From the IMG/VR virus record IMGVR_UViG_3300027631_002940: a stretch of DNA of 64,000 nt; one strand, 5' to 3'. Shown piece by piece: positions 28,747 to 39,812 of the stretch (position 1 is the first letter of the stretch; the number at the start of each line of letters is the position of its first letter). The translations under genes were made by a program, and so were the position numbers. The notes beneath the pieces were generated by a model. It searched no databases. It was not told the DNA's origin and was given only the letters and a program-made list of their open reading frames with translations. Source of the DNA: an uncultured virus (IMG/VR IMGVR_UViG_3300027631_002940) (taxonomy: Duplodnaviria > Heunggongvirae > Uroviricota > Caudoviricetes).

Positions 28747-31700
28747 GTGGCCAATGACAAAGAATGGGTCGATTACAGCGATATCACTAATAAGTCTGAT
28801 TCGTTTATCGACCCTAAAAAATTAGATTCCAACCTTTCTGACTCTTTTGAAACATTATCAGGTATGACTAGTGTTCGAGGTAAGAGTTTGCCTTTAGAAA
28901 GATACACTGCTGGTGATACAAATAATCCAGATCAGCTTTCTTCTATTGATGAAACTTCTACTCTACCTAATTCAAGAATTTCCAGAAGATATTCCCCTGT
29001 CAAAACAGATGATTATAGTGGTAATAGACCTGGTGACCCTGTATTTGTAAACTTTGCTTCTTCTAGTAAGTCAAATGAACTGATATCTATACCTACATTT
29101 GAAAAACCAAAATCTTATGAAGAAATTGAACAAATTCAAAGCATAAAAGATAAAAATATTTTTGTAAGAACTAAAAATATTGTTACATCTACGCCTAAAG
29201 TATCTGTAGACCCAATGGCTGCTCGATTGGCTGCTTTTATGGGCAAATTAGAATCAGAATATATGCCACAAGATGATTCTGAAGATGATGTATTAGTAGA
29301 TCAAGATTATGACAGAATATTCGATAATGAAATATCTGTTCCAAAAGTATCTCAATCTAAATTAGTAACAGAGGCTAAAGATGTTAATGTTTCCTTAAAT
29401 GGTAACAGTATAAAATCAGAAGCACAAGAAATTGTTACCAAAACGAACTATTATCATTCTGTTAAAAAGAATTCACCAGAAATTAATATTGATTCATTTA
29501 TTCACGCCGATATTGATGGCATAAAAAAAAAGATAAATAATCCTGTATTTCAATCACAGAATCAACAAACAACTTTAGACATCGCTTTACAGACATTAAA
29601 AACTAACCCTCTAATCAAGCAATTTATTGATAACGGTGGATTAGATGTATTTTCTAATATTGACCCAAACGATATTAGCTCACTTAATAGATCTACAACA
29701 TTCAAAGCGGTTCAAAAGACTATTCTTGAGACATTAGAAAAAGAAAATCCCAAAATATCTTCAATTAAAAATGAAGACGGGAGTATGTCATATTCTCAAT
29801 TCTTATCTTACTATGCTATTTCACAAGCTATTTTAAATAAATTTTTAAACGAAAAAATCAAGAATAAAACTTTCTACGATTCATTTGATGATTTTGTAGA
29901 AGCAATCAAAGAGCATTTTGAAGATTATGAAGAACTAAATGAATTTGTAAAAAATGCTGACTTTACAGAATATATCACTAATAACTATGAACTTAATAAT
30001 AATTATCCTAGTTACAAATATGATTATGAAACAAATATAGAAAACAATACATTAATTAACTCATTAGTAATTGATAATAAATTTGATAAAAATATACTTA
30101 ACTTAAAAGAAATATCTGCTCCAGTAGTCAATGTTATAAACTCTTTGTCTGCTGGTCAAGAATCTAATATTTTCGAAACATTAATCACAAATACTGAAGC
30201 TAAACAATTTAAGAAAATAATTGAAAGCACATATGAAACTACTTTTGGTGAAACAAAACAATTTAATAAAACAGAAGTAGACTATATCAATAATCTTTTA
30301 AAATCAAGTAAAATAATTGAACAATACGGCATTGAAACATTTAAGACTATCAATAGAGAAGATCTTAATAAAATTCTCACATCGCAAATTGATATCAAAT
30401 CCACCGACTATAAAAAGATCACTAGTATCATCAATCAGTTAGTCAACAGTACAACATCTGAAAATATTATCAATAGTCTCTCAACATCAAAATTTGACCA
30501 TAAATATTTGAAATTTATAGAGCTAATGAGTAATACTTTATTTACTAATATAAATAAAGAAAGTATTGAATTCGTTAATAAGATTAGCAGTAAACAAATT
30601 CAAAATCTACAACAACTACAATTAGATGTCATAAATGAAAAACTAGAAAAATTTTCAAAAATCAGTAATACTATCAAAGACTTTTCTGACATTACATTAA
30701 TAAGTGAATCAATTCTTTCTAATGTTAATGTATTAGAAAAAGTAATCACTAATAAATCTATATTAGAAACATTAGTAACAGATCATTCTATTGAAAATAT
30801 TGTCAAAAGTAAATCATTCAGAGAAATAAGTGAAGTTATATCCAACACTACATTTGATAAATTAGATGTAAAGCAAATTGAATATATCAAGAATCTCGTA
30901 TTATCTATTTCTAGTCTAAATATTAATGAAGATACATTAGAAAAAATAAACCAAAAGATTAGTAAAACAAAACTTACTAGCGAAGAAATCAACTCTCTTT
31001 CAGAAGTGTTTTCCAACATAACAGTAGTAAAAGATTTGATTTCTTCTGTAAGTAATATCAAGTCCACTTCGCTGGAATCTATTGAAGAATATATCAAAAC
31101 TAACAATATTCTTAAAAATATTTCCACTGAAGACATTATTAATAAAGTTCGTGTGATTAACAATATGATGAATATTCAAAATTTAGATTATTCAACTATC
31201 GAAACTGTTACTACCGAATTTAATAAGATTACCAATATGTCTACTGTGGTCGATGTAGCTAAAACATATGAGAAGTTAAAAACATTAAATATCACATCAC
31301 AGGTTAGTTCTATTGAGAAGCTAGCGAATATATTAAAAGTATCAGAGATTGAAGATTACGAAAATATACTAAAGAATTTTGTTACTCATAAGGTTATCAC
31401 TGATTATAATACTCAGAAATTATATACGACTGAAAATACTGTCACTAAATTGCAAACTATAGAAAAGATTATGGATAAATATCAATCTACTTTTGTATCT
31501 AAAAGTGAAATAGTAGATCGTATTACTAAGAATTATAACTATGATATGGGTAAGAAAGAATATATTTATGTAGAATCTGATGAAGAAAATATAACATCTA
31601 AAAACTTCTTATCATTTTTACGTGAGCTTTCTTATACTAGCTTTGCGTTTAGGGATTTAATTACCAGTATTGTAACAGATAGTTCTAGTAAAGTAATCAC

Positions 31701-32238
31701 CGAAAAAATTAAAGATATAGCTCCAAGTGTTGTTGTCAATACTTTTTATAATGAGAATGTTCAAAATAAGATATCTAAAAGATCCTTGATACAAGATAAA
31801 TTATATACTCAAATCATCAAAGATTTAAATATTGTTAGAGAACAAAAAATAGTAGATAATATTATAGAAAATAACGATATCATTGAAAAATTTGTTGAGG
31901 ATAAGATTGAGCATACAATTGAAAGTAAATCAGTAGTAAACGAAAAAGATACTAACAATCATACTACTGAAGAAATATTTCATCATCAAGAATATGTAGT
32001 AGACGAGATGACATGGAATAAAATTTACCATATTGTTGATGAGAAGGTAAAAGAATCCTTAGTATCAGTGGAAAATAAAACAATTAACAATAATGTAGAA
32101 TTAACTGTAATCAAGCAGAATATTATCAATGAGATTGTAAGTCAGACAAATATGAGCATGAGTCAGGCTATAAAATCTCTTGAGTCTAAAATTACTACTC
32201 AAACAGAAGAAATGTTTAGAAAATTCCTGAGATCATAA
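28747..32238 (+). CDS. 1163-aa low-complexity helical protein, tape-measure candidate
   Basis: I/K/N/S/E/T-rich quasi-repetitive sequence, very poor in G, P and W after about residue 500; lies upstream of baseplate-like genes; GTG start. Confidence 0.4.
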   Translation: MANDKEWVDYSDITNKSDSFIDPKKLDSNLSDSFETLSGMTSVRGKSLPLERYTAGDTNNPDQLSSIDETSTLPNSRISRRYSPVKTDDYSGNRPGDPVFVNFASSSKSNELISIPTFEKPKSYEEIEQIQSIKDKNIFVRTKNIVTSTPKVSVDPMAARLAAFMGKLESEYMPQDDSEDDVLVDQDYDRIFDNEISVPKVSQSKLVTEAKDVNVSLNGNSIKSEAQEIVTKTNYYHSVKKNSPEINIDSFIHADIDGIKKKINNPVFQSQNQQTTLDIALQTLKTNPLIKQFIDNGGLDVFSNIDPNDISSLNRSTTFKAVQKTILETLEKENPKISSIKNEDGSMSYSQFLSYYAISQAILNKFLNEKIKNKTFYDSFDDFVEAIKEHFEDYEELNEFVKNADFTEYITNNYELNNNYPSYKYDYETNIENNTLINSLVIDNKFDKNILNLKEISAPVVNVINSLSAGQESNIFETLITNTEAKQFKKIIESTYETTFGETKQFNKTEVDYINNLLKSSKIIEQYGIETFKTINREDLNKILTSQIDIKSTDYKKITSIINQLVNSTTSENIINSLSTSKFDHKYLKFIELMSNTLFTNINKESIEFVNKISSKQIQNLQQLQLDVINEKLEKFSKISNTIKDFSDITLISESILSNVNVLEKVITNKSILETLVTDHSIENIVKSKSFREISEVISNTTFDKLDVKQIEYIKNLVLSISSLNINEDTLEKINQKISKTKLTSEEINSLSEVFSNITVVKDLISSVSNIKSTSLESIEEYIKTNNILKNISTEDIINKVRVINNMMNIQNLDYSTIETVTTEFNKITNMSTVVDVAKTYEKLKTLNITSQVSSIEKLANILKVSEIEDYENILKNFVTHKVITDYNTQKLYTTENTVTKLQTIEKIMDKYQSTFVSKSEIVDRITKNYNYDMGKKEYIYVESDEENITSKNFLSFLRELSYTSFAFRDLITSIVTDSSSKVITEKIKDIAPSVVVNTFYNENVQNKISKRSLIQDKLYTQIIKDLNIVREQKIVDNIIENNDIIEKFVEDKIEHTIESKSVVNEKDTNNHTTEEIFHHQEYVVDEMTWNKIYHIVDEKVKESLVSVENKTINNNVELTVIKQNIINEIVSQTNMSMSQAIKSLESKITTQTEEMFRKFLRS

Positions 32239-32239
32239 G

Positions 32240-35200
32240 ATGCCATTTGATAATATTGATAAATTACCTCCAGTTGAACCGTATACCTGGGTCCCTAATA
32301 TCACCCCTACAGGTAATGGTTCTCCTTATGGATTTTACACAACAGAAATAGGTGCTGGTCAATTCAGAAATGATGTTTATGGCACTACTGTTTCTGCTAC
32401 ATACAAAGGGTTATTAAAATCTGCAGAAAATAGTATTGATTATCCTTTTGTTAATGCGTTTAGATTTTTAGCCAACCCAAGTTTATTTGCAAAGTATCCA
32501 ACAGATTTACCATTTGTAATTCAGGCTATTAGTGGGTACTTAGAATATTCGATTGACTTAAAAGTAACTCGAAGAATTTCAGCTATTAAGCTTGTATACT
32601 CTTTATCCATATCTTCAAATGATTCGTCTATCAATAATATTCCATTTACTAGAGAAGATTTAGAAGATATTCGTAAAAATGCTCTTGATCCTAATCATTC
32701 CATTTCAGTGGATATGAATAAATATAAAATAGGGCAGGTTTTACTAGATGGAGTTGAATATCCAAAATACACTAATGATGAGATTAAAGAATTAGGATGT
32801 ACTGGATTTTATAGTACTAATACTAATATTGGGGAAGCTACAAAAGAAGTTATTATTAGATTTGGTGATGGTAAAAATTCAGGTGATTTCCCTCTTTCTA
32901 CTAATATAAAAATCAGATCTAGATATAATGTATTCTCTATGAAATTATCATTACATAAAGTGATGATATATAATGCTGAAAGAGCAAATATAGTAGATGA
33001 ACAATTACCATGCGGGATACTGTCTTATGCATTCCCTGTTAGATTTAATTACAATCCAACTTTATTATCACCATTAATTGTCCCTACTGATACATTAAGA
33101 CCAAATGTACACATTAAAGTATTTAATCCTAATTATAGAACAAACAGTCCAGGCTTTTCTCACTCTATAAACCTAAGATTTTTAGTAATAAATTTTCCTA
33201 TTTTAGCACTTGATCCATTTCAGGTTCTTTCAGGTTTTTCTACAACTTCTATAAATCTTTATTGGGTTGATTTGCTTGGATTAATGCCAGGAAGAAAAAA
33301 TATCAGAGCTAATTTTTTGCCTACTTATTTTTATAATGATGCAAAAGGAGCTGTAATTAACTATTCTTCTTATAAGGCTATAAATAAAAATTCTATCTAT
33401 TTGCAATCACAAACTACTGGATTAGATGAAAATGTTATAGAAGCAAACTGGAGAACTATAGAAGGATCAGAAGTTAGGGTAACTAGATTTGATAAAACAG
33501 TCAGTAATGAAGGACCTTGGATTGATTCTTACACTTATTTAAATGTAAATGATCCGACATACGAGCAAAACACACAACAAATTACAAGATATAGATTTGT
33601 TGAATTAATTGAGACTGGTGGATTAAGCTATTCAGAAGCTTTTATTGGACAATTGTACTCAGAACAGCGTCCATTCAAAATGTCAGATGTAGAATCCTCA
33701 ATATCTGCAGCATCTGGTACAAAAAAAGTTAATAGAAGAGTATATGATTTTAATTCGCAAACTGATTTAGACTTGATAAATCCTTTAGCAGTATTTAGTG
33801 TTCCTTTTGAAGATGCAGTTACAAATCTGTATTCAGGGTTTCGTAATCTGTTTAAAATAGGCAAGGGCATTGTCAAAATAAAATTAAAATCAGCTGTTTA
33901 TGATAAAGCAGGTACACAGCAGTCTCATTTAATTGTAAGAATGTGGTGGGTTCCTAAAGATTTTATTCCTTCAGGAAATGACATACATTTATATAGAAAA
34001 AATAATGAAATTATCTTTACTACAGATGCTGATGGTAATACGTTTACAAGCATCGGAAATCCCAAAGATATTTCTGAACTGTTAGTTAGTTCTCCATTGC
34101 CAGTTGTTTCAAGTGTTAATGATACTTTATATGATATCGAAATACTAAGGTATGTAGAGCATTCAGGTGTTATGAGTACTTATGACAAGATAGCTGTCGG
34201 TATTTATGCTGTATCTAATCTTGATAATAATCTTAATTATGATAGAGAAAATAATTTCTTTACTCCTTCCGCTATCATAGATGTTGAATCTTCTGGATAT
34301 ATTGAAACTCCATATTTAGCTAGTAATTCTAAAAGCATAAATCCACAAAGATCAAGCGATTTTAATTCGGCTAAATATAAAGATTACATAGAACCCATTT
34401 CTATAGTAAATAGATATGTGACAGATATACAAATAAAGCCTGAAGATGAATATTTGAATTACAATAAAAATTTTCAAGTTAACCCTAGCACAGGAAATGC
34501 TTTTACTGGTTTAGTAGGTATGAAAAAGCTTGAAGAAGGCGATTCATTACTAAAGGTAACTATTCCTTATAACGGGATTCCTACCAAAAACGATGGTTCC
34601 AATTTTGTTGTTGCTGATTTTGCTACATTTGATACTCCTATTAATGGAGCTAGAATTAACCCAGGGGAATGGAAGATATATATAAATAAAAAAGATTTTC
34701 TTGAAGAATCTTTTAGTATTATTTACAGTTATGAAATATCTTTGCTTTTAGTCAATTCTTCTGGTGATAATGTGCAGAGAATTTTTAGAACAAAAGTACT
34801 TGAAGCAGAAGCCGCTAAAAGTGAGATAACTATAACAGAGTATATATCATTTCCATATTTAATATCTAATTTCGGATCTCAAATGGTTTTGAGAATATCT
34901 GTCTACCCTAGATCTAAAAATGGTAAAGTAATAAATGAAACACAAATTGCTAATAACCTAAAACCTATCAAGATGGGATTTCACATTAATGAAATTACTA
35001 TTCTTAAGCATACGATGGAAAAGCTTGTTATTGATGCTACTGATAGTTTGTTAGGTAGTCCAGCTTTTTATGAAGATTTAGATCTAGTACCAAATAAAAC
35101 ATTAGATGGTCAAGAATTTTGGTTTTCTTCTACACCTGATATGAGACAGACATTGATTGTTGAACCTGGCAGAGGTGTCGATATCACTGGGTGTTTATAT

Positions 35201-36601
35201 TCTCCATCCTGGTTTACAAATCTACCTAAAGAAATGGAAGTAAAGGCTGGAGCTTTAGGATTTTTAGATAAAAACTTTTATTTTAGAACAGTGAAAGGCA
35301 CAGTAGATCAAATTGAATCATCTATCAGTGTCGGCGAAGATATACAGACAAACAAATTACACATTGTTTATGATGAAGAGTCTAGTGATGCTACAAATGT
35401 TACAACTACTGGCAAGCGTATTAGATATTTACAAACAAGTTATCAAAACTTAAATATATTACGTAATTATCAAGCTTCCGGAGTCAATCTTACTTCCGAG
35501 AAATTTATTGAGGGAAGAAATCCATCTATATATCATCACAATACTGAAGGTCATAAAACTCACCATAATTCTATGTCAATGGTTGTTGAAACATTAGCTG
35601 ATGGTAAGAGCTACACAAATACCTTTTCTAATATGGATGGTGGTCATAAGTTTTCTTGGAATAGGCCTATAGTAGGATCTATAGATAGACAATTTGATAC
35701 TAATCCCAAGATTGCTCAATATATAAAATATCCAGTTGCATGTCAGAATATTAGATTAAATAGATTAGCAGTAGTAGGTTATTGCGAACCAGCAGAGACT
35801 TTAAATGGCGGAGCTTATGTATTAAAAGTAGCCAGCACATTAAATCAGACTAATCTAGGTCAAACATTTGGGGAATATTATTTCATTGATGGAAATAAAG
35901 AAATCCAAATACCTAATTTTCAACTCAAGGGGATGCCCGATAATATTGAACAAGAAATGGATATAGATGGTTTATTATTTACAAATGGAAAAGCTAAACT
36001 AAACTTTATTGGTGCTGCATATGATAATGCTGAAAGAATGTTAATAGGCTATCCGTTACAATCTAAACCAGGAATCATTTATGGTAGATATTTTGATGGT
36101 TCCGGTCTTTCTAAAACATTTAAGATATTAGATTTATCTTTGTCAGGTATAGTAGTGCCGACCGAAGCTGAAATATCTAATATTGCTATCGCCCATTACA
36201 ATAAAGGAAATAATTTCTGTGTTTCATTTATGCTGGGTGGAAGATTATTTATTACCGTTTTTAGTAATCAATTATATTCATCTTTATCATCAGCATCTAA
36301 TAAATCTTATTTGGGTTCTAGGATATATTTAGTGGCAGGTAGTAGAGAGTTCATTACTGAAAATACAAATATAGGGAAATTTCTAAGGCAATTAGAATTG
36401 GCTGGATTTTTAGTCAACAAACAACAAGGCAATTTAGAAGAGAATATTCCCAATCAAAAGCCTGGTTTATTAGTAAGTAATCATAAAAACCATTCTGGCA
36501 ATATTTTAGTATGGTATAGAGACTCTAAAAAAATACTTAAGTCCAGAGCAGTTGAATATGATGGATTTGTTTCTAATTTTTACGTATATAATATTACATA
36601 A
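32240..36601 (+). CDS. Large virion structural protein (1453 aa), putative baseplate/tail tip
   Basis: Beta-rich long ORF in the structural operon. Confidence 0.5.
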   Translation: MPFDNIDKLPPVEPYTWVPNITPTGNGSPYGFYTTEIGAGQFRNDVYGTTVSATYKGLLKSAENSIDYPFVNAFRFLANPSLFAKYPTDLPFVIQAISGYLEYSIDLKVTRRISAIKLVYSLSISSNDSSINNIPFTREDLEDIRKNALDPNHSISVDMNKYKIGQVLLDGVEYPKYTNDEIKELGCTGFYSTNTNIGEATKEVIIRFGDGKNSGDFPLSTNIKIRSRYNVFSMKLSLHKVMIYNAERANIVDEQLPCGILSYAFPVRFNYNPTLLSPLIVPTDTLRPNVHIKVFNPNYRTNSPGFSHSINLRFLVINFPILALDPFQVLSGFSTTSINLYWVDLLGLMPGRKNIRANFLPTYFYNDAKGAVINYSSYKAINKNSIYLQSQTTGLDENVIEANWRTIEGSEVRVTRFDKTVSNEGPWIDSYTYLNVNDPTYEQNTQQITRYRFVELIETGGLSYSEAFIGQLYSEQRPFKMSDVESSISAASGTKKVNRRVYDFNSQTDLDLINPLAVFSVPFEDAVTNLYSGFRNLFKIGKGIVKIKLKSAVYDKAGTQQSHLIVRMWWVPKDFIPSGNDIHLYRKNNEIIFTTDADGNTFTSIGNPKDISELLVSSPLPVVSSVNDTLYDIEILRYVEHSGVMSTYDKIAVGIYAVSNLDNNLNYDRENNFFTPSAIIDVESSGYIETPYLASNSKSINPQRSSDFNSAKYKDYIEPISIVNRYVTDIQIKPEDEYLNYNKNFQVNPSTGNAFTGLVGMKKLEEGDSLLKVTIPYNGIPTKNDGSNFVVADFATFDTPINGARINPGEWKIYINKKDFLEESFSIIYSYEISLLLVNSSGDNVQRIFRTKVLEAEAAKSEITITEYISFPYLISNFGSQMVLRISVYPRSKNGKVINETQIANNLKPIKMGFHINEITILKHTMEKLVIDATDSLLGSPAFYEDLDLVPNKTLDGQEFWFSSTPDMRQTLIVEPGRGVDITGCLYSPSWFTNLPKEMEVKAGALGFLDKNFYFRTVKGTVDQIESSISVGEDIQTNKLHIVYDEESSDATNVTTTGKRIRYLQTSYQNLNILRNYQASGVNLTSEKFIEGRNPSIYHHNTEGHKTHHNSMSMVVETLADGKSYTNTFSNMDGGHKFSWNRPIVGSIDRQFDTNPKIAQYIKYPVACQNIRLNRLAVVGYCEPAETLNGGAYVLKVASTLNQTNLGQTFGEYYFIDGNKEIQIPNFQLKGMPDNIEQEMDIDGLLFTNGKAKLNFIGAAYDNAERMLIGYPLQSKPGIIYGRYFDGSGLSKTFKILDLSLSGIVVPTEAEISNIAIAHYNKGNNFCVSFMLGGRLFITVFSNQLYSSLSSASNKSYLGSRIYLVAGSREFITENTNIGKFLRQLELAGFLVNKQQGNLEENIPNQKPGLLVSNHKNHSGNILVWYRDSKKILKSRAVEYDGFVSNFYVYNIT

Positions 36602-39576
36602 TGTCATTTACTCCCGATAAAAGAGAACTTAAAGTCTCATGCACTGTTTCAGCACTATATTTACCCGATGATGGGTATTTAGGTGGAACTTTTGTATCGT
36701 CAGAATCTAAAACAAATAATGATAGACCTGGCAATTATTATAAGCAGCATGTTTATGGTGGTAAATCAATTACTTTAAAATCAAATACCACAAATTGTAA
36801 TGCTTATTTTTTACCATTAAATCCCAATATAGGAGCTCCACAACAAACATTCGTATATGGAGCTATCGTAAATGAAGCTCACCCTGTATTGAATCTCATT
36901 AAAGGTCCTCCTGAGATGGGAGGGATAAATTTTGCTAGTACAGTACCATTATTCAATCTAAATACTCCTATCTGGAATGTTCTTCAAGGTAGTTTTTCGT
37001 ATTACAAATCAGCTAATCCAAATATTTTATCTAATAAAAATGATTATTTCCCACAATTTGTAAATGCTAATACTACATATAATATTTGGGTATTGGATGT
37101 AACAGGTCAAGAATCAAAAATATCTTATATAAAATATCAAGGATATGATTTCGATAAAACATATACTGGTGCCAAGATTATTCAAGAATATGAGGATGAT
37201 AATACTGCTTCTATTACAGTTCATGCAAATAATCGAGTAGCTAGATTAACACGCTATTACCCTATCGGTCAAGATCTTATGTATGAAGGATGCAGCCTTG
37301 TTTATGATGGTTCTGCTACAAGAATCATAAATGGTGCTGAAGTACAAAATAATTATAGATATTCAGAATCTGTATCAGCTTCAGCAGGATCATATAATAA
37401 TGGATTCTCTTTAAGATTTAAAAACTCAACAGCAAGCGAAGCAACTAACCCAAATATTAAAGCTAATAGAAGTGGGATTATTATATATTTTGGATCTACT
37501 GCTACAGATTCAGTTGCTGGATACCAGATACATTTATATGAAGATACAAAATTTATAAAATATTATAATCCTAGATCTGGAAGTTATGATGAAATGCCTC
37601 TGGGTGATTCCGGCGCTTTATCATCAGGTAGTGTATCAACTGAAGTACATGTTCATTTTACAGGGCCCAATATGATGGTTGGATTCAGCAGTGATCCTTC
37701 AGAGTGGAAAACAATATTTCCAATAAGAAAAACAGAGGCTGGAGATTATTCTTCTTATTACGAACATAAACTATCTGCAAAAGCTAAAATCAGTATAGAA
37801 TTTGTAAATATAACCTCAACCTTCACATATGCACCAATAGCTTTTTTAAATTTTGATTCTTCTAAAATAAACGAACTTACTGATGCCGAATTTACAGCAA
37901 GTAATTTTTCCTATTATGTTGTAAATAATACAAAAGCAAGAGTAAATTTTTCATATAATGTTCCACTCGAAATTGGACAACAGATAAACATTGATGATAT
38001 AAATAGACGTTTTCAATCTAAATTTTATAGTTTTAATCAGTATTGGTCGGCCATAAATACTGCAACATGTTTGGTAGATCATAGAAACCAGAATGCATTG
38101 CAAGCTTATATACCATCAATTCCAGCTACAAGTTCAACTAATCCCAGATCTGTTGTAGTAGATGGTTATGTTCAATACAATACTACAGTGGAATGTCCAG
38201 GATTCTTAAAATTCCTGGATGATGCAAAAAATGTAACTAATTATGCATTACCAACTTATGACATTTTATATCCGATGCCTTGGGGTGATTTAAGTCCATA
38301 TTTATCAAGTGCAATCGTACAATACGATGCTGCCGGTAAGACATTTGGCTCTTTATCAAGTACAGCTACGATTGTATTAAAAAATATTGATTCTACAGAA
38401 CGTGGCACTAGAATATTAGAAGCTTTAGAAAATAACAAGTTAGTATTCACTATTTCTGCTGGATATGATAATTTGCACACTTATTTTCAAGGTGTAGCTT
38501 CTACTGTGAATACAGATAGAAGTCAATCAGGCACTAATGTAACTATTACACTAGTAGATGTTGGTAAAGAAGTCCTAAGTTCAACAAGATTTATCACTAC
38601 AGCAAGATTTGGCGGTATGAATTTTGATGATATTTTAGATTCTATGATGGCAATGTCAGGAGCACAACATAAATATATTGTTCAAAGATCTAGTACTGAT
38701 TCGGCATTCTCCAGTTATCTTGCAAATCTTAACACAAGAATAGGTTACAATGGCTTTGCTGCATTGCAACAACCATTCTTTGAAGTTAATGGTAGAGATA
38801 GAATTTGGGAAAAGATTAGTGAAATTTTAACTTATATGAATAACGCAAAAGGATTACCAGTATTTTTCTGGGATCCTGCTGATAGTGTTTTTAAGTTATC
38901 ATGGAGATATGAACCAGTTAGTTGCGATACTTTAAAATTTGCTGGTTTCAAAAATAGATTTGGTGTAACTGAATATCCTATGAATTTTGAATTCAACAAA
39001 GATTCACCTAATGCATTACACGGTCTTATTGTAGGTAATTACACCGTTACGACAGATTTAGGCAATTTGCATTCAGGAATAGTAATGACTAGCTTGGATC
39101 AGACAGCTACAACATTGTTACGTCAAGAATATTATAATGGGTCAGCTCCTAGAACATGGGAAAATACAGCTTTGACCCTTAGTACTATATCAGTATTACA
39201 AAGCAGTATTGATGGTGAAAATAAAAATGTTCCGCAAGAAAATATTGGGTATGTAGGATATAGGAAATTCTTTTATCATCCAGAATCAGGATTACCGCCA
39301 GATCCTCATATTGGAGACAAAAATTCTCTAAATAAATATTTCAACACCATAAAACCTTTAGTAAGAAAAACATACTCTACCTTGAAATTTAGTGTATATG
39401 TAACTGAACCATTGAGTATTAACGGTACATTTGTTATAAAGACATTTATTGGTGAAAGGGAACCTATTATCACTGATAAGTATATTTATAAGAGTTGCAA
39501 TTATACTATCGATAAAATTAATAACCTTATCACAGCTGAAATTGAAGGCGTGAAAAACGCTAACATATACAATTAG
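36601..39576 (+). CDS. Putative baseplate hub / tail-tip protein (991 aa)
   Basis: C-terminal half SSTATIVLKN..FTISAGY..YFQG..VTITLVD..DILDSMMAMSG..FFWD follows the hub (gp27/Tal-like) pattern. Confidence 0.55.
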   Translation: MSFTPDKRELKVSCTVSALYLPDDGYLGGTFVSSESKTNNDRPGNYYKQHVYGGKSITLKSNTTNCNAYFLPLNPNIGAPQQTFVYGAIVNEAHPVLNLIKGPPEMGGINFASTVPLFNLNTPIWNVLQGSFSYYKSANPNILSNKNDYFPQFVNANTTYNIWVLDVTGQESKISYIKYQGYDFDKTYTGAKIIQEYEDDNTASITVHANNRVARLTRYYPIGQDLMYEGCSLVYDGSATRIINGAEVQNNYRYSESVSASAGSYNNGFSLRFKNSTASEATNPNIKANRSGIIIYFGSTATDSVAGYQIHLYEDTKFIKYYNPRSGSYDEMPLGDSGALSSGSVSTEVHVHFTGPNMMVGFSSDPSEWKTIFPIRKTEAGDYSSYYEHKLSAKAKISIEFVNITSTFTYAPIAFLNFDSSKINELTDAEFTASNFSYYVVNNTKARVNFSYNVPLEIGQQINIDDINRRFQSKFYSFNQYWSAINTATCLVDHRNQNALQAYIPSIPATSSTNPRSVVVDGYVQYNTTVECPGFLKFLDDAKNVTNYALPTYDILYPMPWGDLSPYLSSAIVQYDAAGKTFGSLSSTATIVLKNIDSTERGTRILEALENNKLVFTISAGYDNLHTYFQGVASTVNTDRSQSGTNVTITLVDVGKEVLSSTRFITTARFGGMNFDDILDSMMAMSGAQHKYIVQRSSTDSAFSSYLANLNTRIGYNGFAALQQPFFEVNGRDRIWEKISEILTYMNNAKGLPVFFWDPADSVFKLSWRYEPVSCDTLKFAGFKNRFGVTEYPMNFEFNKDSPNALHGLIVGNYTVTTDLGNLHSGIVMTSLDQTATTLLRQEYYNGSAPRTWENTALTLSTISVLQSSIDGENKNVPQENIGYVGYRKFFYHPESGLPPDPHIGDKNSLNKYFNTIKPLVRKTYSTLKFSVYVTEPLSINGTFVIKTFIGEREPIITDKYIYKSCNYTIDKINNLITAEIEGVKNANIYN

Positions 39577-39584
39577 GAATTTAT

Positions 39585-39812
39585 ATGCCAAATTTTTTAT
39601 CTCTTTCTGATGCTATTAAATATCAAATCGATAAACACGATAGTGATACAAAAATAAAAATACCGGCATACTATGACTCTTCAGGATTATTTGGAAAACA
39701 AAATATTCCTATGATGGATGGTGCGCCAGACGAAAATGTAATTAGGTGGGGATATTCAACATGGGGCGATGAAAAAGTCACATTAGAATATAAACCAGAA
39801 GATAAGAAATAA
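39585..39812 (+). CDS. Small hypothetical structural protein (75 aa)
   Basis: AGGA upstream; IRWGYSTWG; TAATG-coupled to the next gene. Confidence 0.65.
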   Translation: MPNFLSLSDAIKYQIDKHDSDTKIKIPAYYDSSGLFGKQNIPMMDGAPDENVIRWGYSTWGDEKVTLEYKPEDKK

